Assembly: GCF_964355755.1 (NCBI RefSeq)
Contig: NC_092670.1
Location: 3,400,201-3,464,200 of the forward strand
Source of the DNA: Antedon mediterranea
Lineage: Eukaryota; Animalia; Echinodermata
DNA length: 64,000 bases
Direction: 5' to 3'
In this document: in pieces, positions 37,901 through 48,320 of the stretch
Position numbering within the stretch: the first letter of the stretch is position 1
How the letters are laid out: every line of letters begins with the position of its first letter
Program-made: the position numbers and the translations under genes
Notes under the pieces: generated by a model
What the model was told of the DNA's origin: nothing
Seen by the model: the letters and a program-made list of their open reading frames with translations, nothing else
Databases searched by the model: none

Positions 37901-40900
37901 CTTTCTCTTATCATCTTCCATTCATTATCATCCAAAGGAGTAAGTAATTGCCTTACATCTCCTGTACTTTCACTCTCTGTGTGTTCACTTTCACATAATT
38001 TGCACAAGTAAAATCCTACCAATGACTCTGCTATCAACTTGTGAGGAGGCATGAATATCCGTTCAAAGTTGGATTTTGAAATTGGTGCTTCTTCATAAAC
38101 AAATCCAAGTTTCACGGACATGTCAACCAAATCTGTACTCGTATGTTTATCATTAAAATCTTTCATCTTTATTAAAAGTTGATTTACTTTTAGGCTATCA
38201 TACATACATTTTCCCAATAAAATCATAGCATTTACATACTTTGCTGGAGTGTCTTCAAATTTAGAAAGCTTTGCGAATTGGTTTTGTTTGTTGAACTGAT
38301 TTAAAATGCTATGAAATATTTCCTTAAAAAGATTAGCTTTATCTTTAGGAAGACTTTGATTGTCTTCCCATAGAATACAAATTGAAAGAAGTAGCATTGG
38401 ATTTTTGCACATTGAATATACGTCCTCGTGTTTTCGTTGCCTACCCTGATACATAATATCTAATTCTCTTCTAAGGGATTTTCCCATTTCTGGTTTTTCA
38501 AAATACTCAAAGTGTTTGTTAATATACTTCCCTATGCTCTCTTCATTAAATCCCTTAACTCTTACATGTATGTTACACTCTTTTTTGAATTCATCTATGT
38601 TTTCTGACCGGGAAGTAAGTATCACAGTACTTTTTTTTAAAGAGTTTTTTCTGAAAAGACTAATTACGCTTTGATTATTGAATCTCAATTCCTCTAATCC
38701 GTCAAGTAGCAACACAACTTTATTTTCATGTTTCTTTATAAATTTCTTAATTACCCGTGCATCTTTTGGGAGATCTGTGTCTAAATTAAAATCTGTCATA
38801 TCCAGTTGCTTTGCAATTAAATCACATATATCTTCATCTTTTTCCAAATCCCTTACACATAAAAGAAATACAATTTTACCTTCAAAGATATTGAATTTAT
38901 TAAGTGTAGCCCATGTGTATGATATATGCCTTAATATGGTAGTTTTTCCAATACCTCCCTGTCCTTCAATGAGAGCTTTACATCCAGGTGTGGAGCTAAT
39001 TACATCTATCACTTCTTCTAATGTTGTTGGTTTGCTGGTTTCTGTATTGTTTTCACGTTCTATAAGCAGTTCCATATCAGTAAACATCTGTGAAATGTCA
39101 ACTTTGTATTTCTCACGCATTGTTGCAGGTGTAAATATACTGGCCTGGATACACTTGTCCTTTTGTATGTGAATCAGATATGTTTGTATTATTTCTAAAA
39201 ACAAGGAAATATTTTGGGTATTGCTAAACTGCGCAAACCAAGCGCAAACCTAAAAAACCCTGCGCAAACCTCCTCCAAATAACTTATTATTGGTTCTATC
39301 ATGACCAGGACTATAATTTATGAAAAAAAAATTATGAAATTGCGGTTAAAGTTGGTGAAAAACATCATTTTTTGGGTAAAATGTAAGATTTTACAGTGTA
39401 AATGGCGCAAACCTAAAAAAAACCTGCGCAAACCTCCTCCAAATCACTTATTATTGGTTCTATCATGACTAAGACTATCATAGCAGGTAATTTATGAAAA
39501 AAAAAATAATGAAATTGCTGTAAGTTGGCTTTTTTTGGGAGAAAAACATCATTTTTTTGGGTAAAATGTCAGATTTTACAGTGTCAGCCAAGCCAACTTA
39601 CAGTAATTTCATAATTTTTTTTTCATAAATTACTTGCTATGATAGTCCATGTCATGATAGAAGCAATAATAAGTGATTTGGAGGAGGTTTGCGCAGATTT
39701 TTTTTAGGTTTGCGCGATTTACACTGTAAAATCTGACATTTTACCCAAACAAGGCCAACAGCCATTAAGTCGCGTGCTACAATGCATAGTGATACCGGAC
39801 CGACAGACAAACAGACCGACAGACAGACAGACCGACAGACAGACGGACCGACCGACATAGTGAACTATACTGACCGAAATTACTGAACATGTTTAAAAAT
39901 GTTGAAATGTTTAAAAACATTTATATTTTTTTAATTTACACGTGCGTAGCCTGTCACTTTTGTAATTTCGAGTTGAAAAGTAAGTCAAGAAAACAGAAAT
40001 CGGGTAAAAAGAGTGCGCAATAACATTTAACGCGCAGTGCGTGCGCAAAAATCTGCGCACTCATGGCAATTTTGTAAACGCTTAAAATTGCCTGAAACGT
40101 ACTCTTATTTCATCGAAAATAAATTTTGAAAATTTTAAGCGCGCGTGCGCATGCGCTACGCACGTAATTGTATTGCCATATGATGATTTATGCCCTGAAA
40201 TTTATGAGTACCAAATTTTATTTAATTGTGATTCATGGTTGTTGTTAAGATATGATTACAAACGTGATTTCGTTAAATCGTGCGTAGACCGCGTAATTTT
40301 TTATTGCGCACCGTGAAAACATAACCACATCGATTCCTGGCCATAAGGAATATTCTGTGAAAAATTGACTTAGCTAGATTAAACTGATATGAAGATAAGG
40401 TCATAAAACGATAAAACGCATAGTGATACCGGACCGACAGACAGACCGACAGACAGACAGACCGACCGACCGACATAGTGAACTATAGAGTCGCTTCCAC
40501 GCGACTAAAAATGATGTTTTTTGCCCCAAAAATAAGCCAACTTACAGTAACTAGATGGTACGCTCGCTTCGCTCGTGTACCATCTAGTTCGTGCCCACAG
40601 ATGGTTCTCGAATACTGTACATAGTAATTTCAACGTAAAAAAACTGGCGATTTCAAATGTACGTACGGCAGGACTATAAAACATTGTCGTTTACAGAAAC
40701 AAATAAGTAGACACAATGATTTATGTAGTCAACCAAAATTAGCACCTAGAAACTTGTCACAAAATGAGTCGACATTTGTTATTTGGACTCACTTAAACAA
40801 ACCCAATTTTGTTAAATTATTCTTTATATTTCTTTATTATCCAATCATTAACGAAATATTTTTTTTATAGGCCTATAAATAATATACCACTAAATAGAGT

Positions 40901-43900
40901 AAAACATTTCCGATTTAATACTTTATTAAAACTGTCACTGTCTCATGGTCGATTGAAATATTAAAGTACATTTAAAGACCACTAATACGTTTATATTTTT
41001 GTAATTATTAATACAAACGTTAAGAAACAACTGACGGTAATAACGTATTATATTATTATGTGTTTATAATCTAAAAGTAGGGGCTACCCACACTCACAGT
41101 GATAAAGTTTATTAGTATATTTGTTTATATTATATCTAACAGTACCAACACACTTATGATTCAAATGGCGATCAAAAGTGGTTAATACCTATTTGCAGTA
41201 TTGTATAGCATTACAATACTATTTCTGTTTATTCTCCAAGGGTCTATAAATTTACCTACTTGTGTTAAACCATGGAGGTATTTTGCTATAATTTGGAATG
41301 TTCCATTCATCGCAAATAAATACATTTCTATAAACGTATATTAAATCTATCAAAATAGTATTTTTTAAAGAAAATCGGCCTGTCTTCAACATTATGATGC
41401 TGTACTCTAGCTGTTCAACCGGTTTTCAGCTATTAAAAACAATTATCGTAGGAGGAGATAGGAAAATGCGAAGCCTTCTCGCATTTTTGTGGCGGGTATT
41501 TTTCAAGATGGACATCCATTAGACAGTGTATACCACGATCGAAAAACACCACTATTTGGGGCAAATCGTTGAACCTAAATTCGTTTTAATCGTCAATAAC
41601 TAATTATCTAACTTAATTTAATTAGTAAACAGGGTTACATCAGGTGGTTAAAATCAGTACCGAAAGTACGAACCAACTTTATATACCATCGAGTAAAAAT
41701 TCTAGAAGTAAGGCGCGATTTACCGAATTTTGCCCTTACGTAAATTTATATATAGATTTCATAATTTTTTTTTCATAAATTACTTGCTATGATAGTCCAA
41801 GTCATGATAGAAGCAATAATAAGTTATTTGGAGGAGGTTTGCGCAGGTTTTTTTTAGGTTTGCGTGATTTACACTGTAAAATCTGACATTTTACCCAAAA
41901 CAATGATGTTTTTCACCCAACTTACAGCAATTTCATAATTTTTTTTTCTCATAAATTACCTGCTATGATAGTCCTGGTCATGATAGAACCAATAATAAGT
42001 GATTTGGAGGAGGTTTGCGCAGGGTTTTTTCACGTTTGCGCTTGGTTTGCGCAGTTTAGCAATACCCAATATTTTTAGCTTGATTAAACTAAAGTTTTAT
42101 TAATATATCATTACATTTATTTATGTGATATTTCATAAAATTGTTGAATGTTTTGCATTCCTCTAATTATTTTTATGTTTCTAATTTTGTATCTATATAT
42201 AAATTTACGTAAGGGCAAAATTCGTCAAATCGCGTGTTACTTCTAGTATGAATGTTTACTCGATGGTATATAAAGTTGGTTCGTACTTTCGGTACTCATT
42301 TTAACCACCTGATGTAACCCTGTTTACTAATTAAATTGAGTTAGATAATTAGTTATAGACAATTAAAACAAATTTTAAAGGTTCAACAATTTTCCCCAAA
42401 TAGGGGGGGGGGGGGGAGGTTACCGATTGTGGTATACACCGTCTAATGGATGTCCATCTTGAAAAATACCTGCACATAATAATACGAGGATGCTTTGCAT
42501 TTACCTACCTCGTACGATAATTGTTTTTAGTATCTGAAAACCAGTTTAACAACTCAAGTACAGCATCGTATAATGTTGAAGAAAGGCCAATTTTCTTTAA
42601 AAAAAATACTATTTTGATAGATTTAATATACGTTTATACAAACGTATTGATTTGCGATGAATGGAACATTCCAATCTCTCTTCCACAAAGCGTCTATTCC
42701 CGCAGGCATAATAACACAAAGGCAAGTACTGTAGGCATAATAACACAAAGGCAAGTAGGCCTACACTCATATAAAAAAAAGTTGATTCATTTTTTTTTTA
42801 ATCTGTGACTGCAGAGGTCGGATATAGGTATTTTAAAACAGATAATGAGCTGATCACGTTTTCAGTCGCCGTCTATATCTGTACAATCAACTTTATTGCA
42901 GTTCAAACACCACCCACATCACCATCAATATTAATTAATACTGTAATTACAACAAAAATAAACATCGTATTGGTGTATCATTACATTTATTTACTATTTG
43001 TTCCTTAAATTTGTTCCTCTTTGCACCCATCCTCTTCCTCATCCCTCAACCCTAATGTTACATACAAACCACAAATTGGGTTTGTTTAAATTTGACTGAA
43101 ACAATTCGTCTCATTTTGTGAAAATTTTCTCTTTCAGGCAGAAGTAATTCCCAGGGTGCTAATTTTAGTTGACTACATAAACCGTGTCTATTTATTCATT
43201 CATTCCTGTAAACGACATTGTCCTGTGGTACGTACTTATTATCTATATATAAATTTACGTAAGGGCAAAATTCGGTAAATCGCGCGTTACTTCTAGAATG
43301 TTTACTCGATGTTATATAAAGTTGGTTCGTACTTTCGGTACTGATTTTAACCACCTGATGTAACCCTGTTTACTAATTAAATTGAGTCAGATAATTTAGT
43401 TATTGACGATTAAAACGAATTTAGGTTCAACGATTTGCCCCAAATAGGGGTGTTTACCGATCGTGGTATACACTGTCTAATACATGTCCATCGTGAAAAA
43501 TACCCGCATACAATAATACGAGGATGCTTCGCATTTTCCTATCTCCTCCTACGATAACTGTTTTTAATGGCTGAAAACCGGTTGAACAGCTCGAGTACAG
43601 CTTCATAATGTTGAAGACAGGCCGATTTTCTTTAAAAAATACTATTTTGATAGATTTAATATCCGTTTATAGAAATGTACTGATTTGCAATGAATGGAAC
43701 ATTCCAAATTATTGCATACCTCCATGGTTTAACACAAGTAGGTAAATTTATAGACCCTTGGAGAATAAACAGAAATAGTATTGTAATACTATATACAATA
43801 CTGCAAATAGGTATTAACCACTTTTGATTGCCATTTGAATCAAAAGTGTGTTGGTACTGTTAGATATAATAATTATAAACAAATATACTAATAAACGTTA

Positions 43901-46900
43901 TCACTGTGAGTGTGGGTAGCTCCTACTTTTAGATTATAAACACATAATAATATATACTTTATTACTGTCAGTTGTTTCTCAACGTTTGTATTAATTAATA
44001 ATTACAAAAATATAAACGTATTAGTGGTCTTTAAATGTACTTTACTATTTCAATCGACCATGAGACAGTGACACTTTTAATAAAGTATTAAATCGGAAAT
44101 GTTTTACTCTATTTAGTGGTATATTATTTATAGGCCTATATAAAAAAAATATTTCGTTACTGATTGGATAATAAAGAAATATAAAGAATAATTTAACAAA
44201 ATTGGGTTTGTTTAAATGAGTCCAATAACAAATTTCGACTCATTTTGTGACAAGTTTCTAGGTGCTAATTTTTGTTGACTACATAAATCATTATGTCTAT
44301 TTATTTGTTTCTGTAAACGACAATGTTTTATAGTCCTGCCGTACGTACATTTGAAATCGCCAGTTTTTTTACGCTGAAATTACTATGTATTCGAGAACCA
44401 TCGAGCGAAGCGAGCGTACCATCTAGTTATTAAAATTAATAAAATTACTGGGTATTCGAGAACCATCTGTAGGCACGAACTAGATGGTACGCGAGCGAAG
44501 CAAGCGTACAATCTAGTTAATTTAAATTATCTAGCTTCATTCCTTGAATAGTTTTTGTCACGCAATCATAAATAAGCTTTATAGAGTGAGTGTGACCCAA
44601 TATAATTTTTAATTACGTTAATAATTTTTATAATTTGGAACTATCTATATATAAATTTACGTAAGGGCAAAAATCGGTAAATCGCGCGTTATTTCTAGAA
44701 TATTTACTCGATGGTTGGTTCGTACTTTCGGTACTGATTTTAACCACCTGATGTAACCCTGTTTACTAATAAAATTGAGTTAGATAATTAGTTACTGACG
44801 ATTAAAACGAATTTAGGTTCAACGATTTGCCCCAAATAGGGGTGTTTTCTAATCGTGGTATACACTGTCTAATGGATGTCAATTTGAAAAATACCCGCAC
44901 ACAATAATACGAGGACACTTCGCATTTTCCTATCCCCTCCTACGATAATTGTTTTTAATAGCTGAAAACCGGTTGAACAGTTCGAGTACAGCGTCATAAT
45001 GTTGAAGACAGGTCGATTTTCTTTAAAAAATGCTATTTTGATAGATTTAATATACGTTTTTACGGGGTTTATACAAATGTATTGATTTGCGATGAATGGA
45101 ACATTCCAATCTCTGTTCCACAAGTGTTATTCCCTCAGGCGTCGTAAAGGCAAGTACTGTATACTCATAACAGAAATTCGATCCATTTTATTTTTATTCT
45201 GTGCTGCAGAGGTTGGATATATATATTTTTTAACGGATAATGAGCTAGCGTTTTCAGTCGCCGTACATTATGTACAAATCTTTAATTGCAGTTAAACCAC
45301 CCACATCATCAACCTTCCCTCACTGGCATGAGTAGCGTAGTGGTACGAAGGATCAACAACAACTTTGGTGGGTAGGGTAGGAACCAACTTAAGTATGAAT
45401 TGGCTCTAGAAACAATTGAAAACCATTAGGCCTACTAATTAAGTTGAGTTAGATAATTTAATATTTATTAACGATTAAATCGAATTTATGATTTTCCCCG
45501 AATAGAGGTGGTTTTCACAAATTGTTTTAACATTATATATAAACATACGTCGTAGTGTATCGTTACATGTACTGTACTATTTCAATCGACTACGACGGTG
45601 ATAGTTTCAACAAAGTATTTACATCGCAATGTTTTTACTGTGTTTAGTGGTATATTATTTGTAAAACATAAAAACAATTAATATTTCGTTACAAAATAAA
45701 GAATATATTTAAAAATTGTTCCTCTTTGCACCCATCCTCCCCATCCCTCAACCATAATGCTACATACAGAACACAAATTAAGTTTGTTTAAATTTGACTT
45801 AAACAATTGGTCTCATTTTGTGACAAGTTTCTCTTTCTGAAGTAATTCCCAGGGTGCTAATTTTAGTTGAGTACATAAATCACAGTGTCTATTTATTCCT
45901 TCCTGTATTATTGTCCTGCATTATTGTACATTTGAAATCGCCAGTTTTTTAACGCTGAAATTATTATGTATTCGAGAACCATCTGTGGGCCCGACCTAGA
46001 TGGTACGCGTACGCGTACCATCTAGTAATTTAAAATATACTCAACAGAGGGCAGCAAAGGATTTTTATGACATAAACCTAAAACTTGTATAAGTGTGAAA
46101 GTGAAAATATTCTTATTAAAAACTAAAATATATAACATTAAGAAATATTGTTATTTATCTTAACATCTCTCTTTATCCATATCAATGACGGTTTGGTGCA
46201 CCGTATAGGCATACGAACCTAATTAGCCTATTGAAAGAATATTGAAAGAGCGGATATGTTTACTATGGTAGGAATGCCATGCTGTAGACAAGGATCCCCT
46301 TTACTGTACTTGTAAAATTATCATTAAATCCAAAATCGGTTTATAAATTCTAGCATCTTATATAGTTAATTTACTTCTTCAGTTTGTTTGATTTTTATTA
46401 CTATCATAATGATGCCATTTGTATTCAAACATATACTTCAGAAGTAAAAATTAAAACTTTAGGGTTAATTACTATAGATAATTGGGCATACTGATTATTA
46501 TTATAGGTGATATATACGAAAGCCCATTAATGCCATTTTAAGTATATGTTTTTCGAACGTAATCCGTTATAACGAATTAGTAATTCGTTTGAACGGATTA
46601 ATAATCTGTTTAAACGAATTAGTAATCCGTTCAAACGAATTGCAACATATACAACAAGTGCCATTTAAAGTATATGTTGTAATTCGTTTGAACGGATTAC
46701 TAATCCGTTCAAACAAATTACTAATTTGTTTAAACGGATTACTAATTTGTTCAAACGGATTACTAATCCGTTCAAACGAATTACTAATTTGTTTAAACGG
46801 ATTACTAATTCGTTCAAACGAATTACTAATTTGTTTAAACGGATTAGTAATCCGTTCAAACAAATTACTAATTCGTTCAAACGAATTAGTAATCCGTTTG

Positions 46901-47595
46901 AACAAATTAGTAATCCGTTTAAACAAATTAGTAATTTGTTTGAACGGATTAGTAATCCGTTTAAACAAATTAGTAATTCGTTTGAACGGATTAGTAATCC
47001 GTTTGAACAAATTAGTAATCCGTTTAAACAAATTAGTAATTTGTTTGAACGGATTAGTAATCCGTTCAAACGAATTACAACATATACTTTAAATGGCACT
47101 TGTTGTATATGTTGCAATTCGTTTGAACGGATTACTAATTCGTTTGAACAGATTATTAATCCGTTCAAACGAATTACTAATTCGTTATAACGGATTACGT
47201 TCGAAAAACATATACTTCAAATGGCATTAATGGGCTTTCGTAGATATACAGTATGAATTAAAAGTATTCAACATGTTTGATATTATAAGTGATACACTGT
47301 AGGCCTACAGTCATACCTGTATGACCCCAAGGGTAATGAATGTCATTTACTTACATCCAATACTGATAAAATAGTTCAGAAACCTTATAATTGTGTACAA
47401 AGCAATTATTGTAGCAGCTTGATTGGCCACCTTAGAAATTCAATGATTATATTGTATAATTATTGTTGCAGTTGATTTATTTTTGACAATCAGGGGATTC
47501 AATAACTGAATTATAAAATGGATCTGATTTGCATTATTATAGTAAACATTACAAGTAAACTCACCTTCTTCTTCTGATTTAACCTCTTTGTTCAT
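25348..47595 (-). CDS. Spliced gene (18 coding exons, ~1510 aa): NACHT - Roc - COR - Death domain - tandem DED-like protein
   Basis: Exons 47565-47595, 37800-39194, 37374-37536, 36797-36894, 35760-36047, 34810-35015, 33218-33307, 32707-32883, 32251-32493, 29419-29613, 28845-29009, 28472-28750, 28055-28150, 27520-27739, 27297-27320, 27127-27153, 26738-27010, 25348-25910. All have GT-AG boundaries with compatible phases, sum to 4533 nt and have no internal stop. The start codon and the join between NACHT and Roc exons are inferred. Confidence 0.8.
26738..27010 (-). CDS. Death domain exon (phase 1-1)
   Basis: CEQLGVLLGLELSEV...EILKFWRN...LDVLCEALREHGQKDLADKF fits the DD pattern LG..LGL / L..W / L..AL...G..DLA. 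Confidence 0.85.
27127..27153 (-). CDS. 27-nt linker microexon (phase 1-1)
   Basis: CAG acceptor, GTAATG donor; reads SIPPQSHLQ. Confidence 0.7.
27297..27320 (-). CDS. 24-nt linker microexon (phase 1-1)
   Basis: TAG acceptor after a T tract, GTAAGT donor; reads STSQTDVE. Confidence 0.7.
27520..27739 (-). CDS. C-terminal COR exon with a Cys/His cluster
   Basis: YIPCACSPNIQNAHMH...LPCG; matches ORF 27512..27739. Confidence 0.82.
28055..28150 (-). CDS. COR-B exon with a basic stretch
   Basis: TTIVRTKSFNTDKQKKRQRTKDEKPQPKVCKK; 96 nt, phase 0-0. Confidence 0.8.
28472..28750 (-). CDS. COR exon (A/B boundary)
   Basis: FYVLSRLK...FHDFGSYLPDDLFQR; matches ORF 28460..28762. Confidence 0.88.
28845..29009 (-). 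CDS. COR exon
   Basis: WRMLEKGILKGGLLKHLW...SLMQKFGLVC; 165 nt. Confidence 0.88.
29419..29613 (-). CDS. COR-A exon
   Basis: LLEYLHDIGVILYYPDDEALRDIIVVDLMQLVDMFKTII, the COR LxxLHxxGxILY signature. Confidence 0.92.
29928..31379 (-). mobile_element. Non-autonomous Helitron (subtype A)
   Basis: 5' TCTATATAT end, 3' hairpin gatggtacgcgagcgaagcgagcgtaccatc plus CTAG, inserted between A and T with no TSD. Confidence 0.9.
31835..31992. repeat. Short unclassified interspersed repeat with (caaa/caga)n
   Basis: Microsatellite followed by acttccttggcggaggtaa; boundaries approximate. Confidence 0.45.
32251..32493 (-). CDS. Roc G5 and start of COR
   Basis: IFTIENS...LPIKWLRVQQEI; 243 nt. Confidence 0.88.
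32707..32883 (-). CDS. Roc exon with G4 motif
   Basis: TNLEFILSWIQSIYTNS...PPVLLIGTHLNGL; 177 nt; GTGAGT donor. Confidence 0.9.
33218..33307 (-). CDS. Roc exon (strand after switch II)
   Basis: IFMVSFAVVCVVFNLCDDLDAQAKVLDPTT; 90 nt, phase 0-0. Confidence 0.85.
33722..33916. mobile_element. hAT MITE
   Basis: CAGTGGC termini; TSD gatacagg / gatgcagg. Confidence 0.8.
34074..34765 (-). mobile_element. 5'-truncated LINE (CR1/L2 group) 3' fragment
   Basis: RPILEYACQVWH...IETIQKRACRI...LPSLEARR is an ORF2 C-terminus; (TAAA)n tail at ~34074-34094. Confidence 0.88.
34810..35015 (-). CDS. Roc exon with G3 motif
   Basis: ...KFVMNIWDFGGQQIYHVMQR; WDFGGQ at 34834-34851; GTAAGT donor. Confidence 0.92.
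35760..36047 (-). CDS. Low-complexity insertion exon inside Roc, 288 nt, phase 1-1
   Basis: Matches ORF 35752..36033 (E/K/S/T/N-rich); GTAAG donor. Confidence 0.8.
36797..36894 (-). CDS. Roc exon 2 (G2 / switch I region)
   Basis: FKSKHEITDAIATTKTVCSQDDADETIWQETE. The acceptor is good but the GTATAC donor is weak. Confidence 0.7.
37374..37536 (-). CDS. Roc domain exon 1 (G1 / P-loop)
   Basis: PIEIRARGPEAVRAFNEALEEGKTGVKQGRVIFVGLEGVGKTSTINSLL; G1 at 37400-37426. Confidence 0.9.
37800..39194 (-). CDS. NACHT (NLR-type STAND NTPase) exon, 1395 nt, phase 1-1
   Basis: Walker A GQGGIGKT (38941-38964), Walker B VVLLLDGLEE (DGLEE at 38689-38703), sensor-1 ILTSR, NP motif CKNPMLL and winged-helix PHKLIAE. 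TAG acceptor at 39195-39197, GTAAG donor at 37799. Confidence 0.92.
39748..40509 (-). mobile_element. DINE-1/HINE-like (Helentron-associated) element
   Basis: Hairpin gtcgcttccacgcgac, (gaca/gacc)n microsatellites, inserted in an A/T run of the host. Confidence 0.65.
40551..41756 (-). mobile_element. Non-autonomous Helitron (subtype B)
   Basis: Same ends as subtype A. Removing it restores cttacagtaa|tttcataa, which is intact at ~39597. Confidence 0.92.
42192..44516 (+). mobile_element. Non-autonomous Helitron (A-like, diverged) containing a nested copy
   Basis: TC start at 42192; hairpin plus CTAG end at 44516. Confidence 0.85.
43242..44426 (+). mobile_element. Non-autonomous Helitron (subtype B), nested
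   Basis: TC start, CTAG end; reverse complement of 40551-41756; 3' hairpin partly deleted. Confidence 0.88.
44644..46025 (+). mobile_element. Non-autonomous Helitron (subtype A)
   Basis: Reverse complement of 29928-31379; hairpin plus CTAG end. Confidence 0.9.
46515..47242. mobile_element. Palindromic MITE with internal 21-bp repeats and 6-bp TSD
   Basis: TACGAAAGCCCATTAATGCCATTT termini; TSD gatata at 46509-46514 and 47243-47248. Confidence 0.88.
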
Positions 47596-47615
47596 TGGTA
47601 TCACTGGCTTTGAGT
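47565..47615 (-). CDS. 51-nt exon containing the candidate start (ATG at 47595, MNKEVKSEEE)
   Basis: CAG acceptor at 47616-47618 and GTGAGT donor at 47564. The phase-1 end joins in frame to EIIQTYLIH of the NACHT exon. Confidence 0.6.
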
Positions 47616-47908
47616 CTGTTTAATAAATAGCAAATGACAAGAACTGAATTTTTACAATTCTACAGTACCTCAAGAAAACCAATGCTTAATGCCACAAATT
47701 AAGCATAAAAGTTATAAGAAATATTATACAGATATTGACTGCTTAGAGGTTAAATATAAGATTTGCCGAGGGGATGTCTAATCTTATATTTCACCGATAT
47801 AAAAGGTGATATCTGTTATATTACATAGCCAACAACAAGTAGAATATCTGCTGTTAGGGTAGGCCTCCTTTTGTATTGTATGTAAACAAGCCTGCCTAGA
47901 CACCTTAC

Positions 47909-48200
47909 CTTGCAAAGAATAATATACAGATAATTTCTAATTAATGATTCCTTGCAATAAAATATTCACTAGCCTAGGTCGTTTAAATAATAACAGAAGA
48001 ATTTCCATCAATAAGCCTACATTAATAATAATAATATTATTATCAGGTAGGCCAAATAAATAATAATTCGTCTTTCGAGCCAAATCACCGGATGTTCGCC
48101 ACGTCGCGCGCGTACCGAGTTACCGCTGTGAGTATTAATCAATCACAAACGATCTTTCATCACATCTAGGGAGGACTAATAACAAATGAGGGCGCTATGT
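47909..48200 (-). promoter_or_regulatory. Candidate non-coding first exon and promoter of the NACHT-Roco gene
   Basis: Strong CAAG|GTAAGG donor at 47908 and a CpG-rich patch (cgtcgcgcgcg, ~48100). The 5' boundary is approximate. Confidence 0.35.
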
Positions 48201-48243
48201 ATGCATAGTTTAAATAGTTTAGTTGATTAATTTCTTCAAGCAA

Positions 48244-48320
48244 GTTCTGTGGCGCAGCGGATGAAGCGTTGTCTTGTGATGGAGTGACAATTCGTCGCGA
48301 GTTCAAGACGCAGTGGATGA
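48244..48320 (+). mobile_element. tRNA-derived SINE head (degenerate)
   Basis: A-box TGGCGCAGCGG and B-box-like GAGTTCAAGAC at tRNA-like spacing. Confidence 0.5.

Larger units (their letters stand above)
39216..42067. mobile_element. GGG-terminated foldback TIR element with 8-bp TSD, hosting two insertions
   Basis: TIR GGGTATTGCTAAACTGCGCAAACCAAGCGCAAAC; TSD aatatttt at 39208-39215 and 42068-42075. Confidence 0.88.

Noticed and set aside
38678-39172. Plus-strand 164-aa ORF (and similar ORFs at 52504, 54037, 35852 and 25691)
   Set aside because: Antisense shadows of real coding sequence.
37681-39204. Standalone 507-aa NACHT ORF
   Set aside because: Both ends run into intron-like sequence past canonical splice sites at 39195 and 37799, so it is better explained as an internal exon. 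Read-through cannot be excluded.
46567-47190. Four 154-167 aa ORFs (FKRITN and LNGLVIR repeats, superficially LRR-like)
   Set aside because: They arise from the 21-bp repeat of a palindromic MITE with a TSD, are mirrored on both strands, and have no evident splice sites.
48244-48320. Functional tRNA gene
   Set aside because: A and B boxes are present, but I could not form a convincing cloverleaf, so it is treated as a SINE head.
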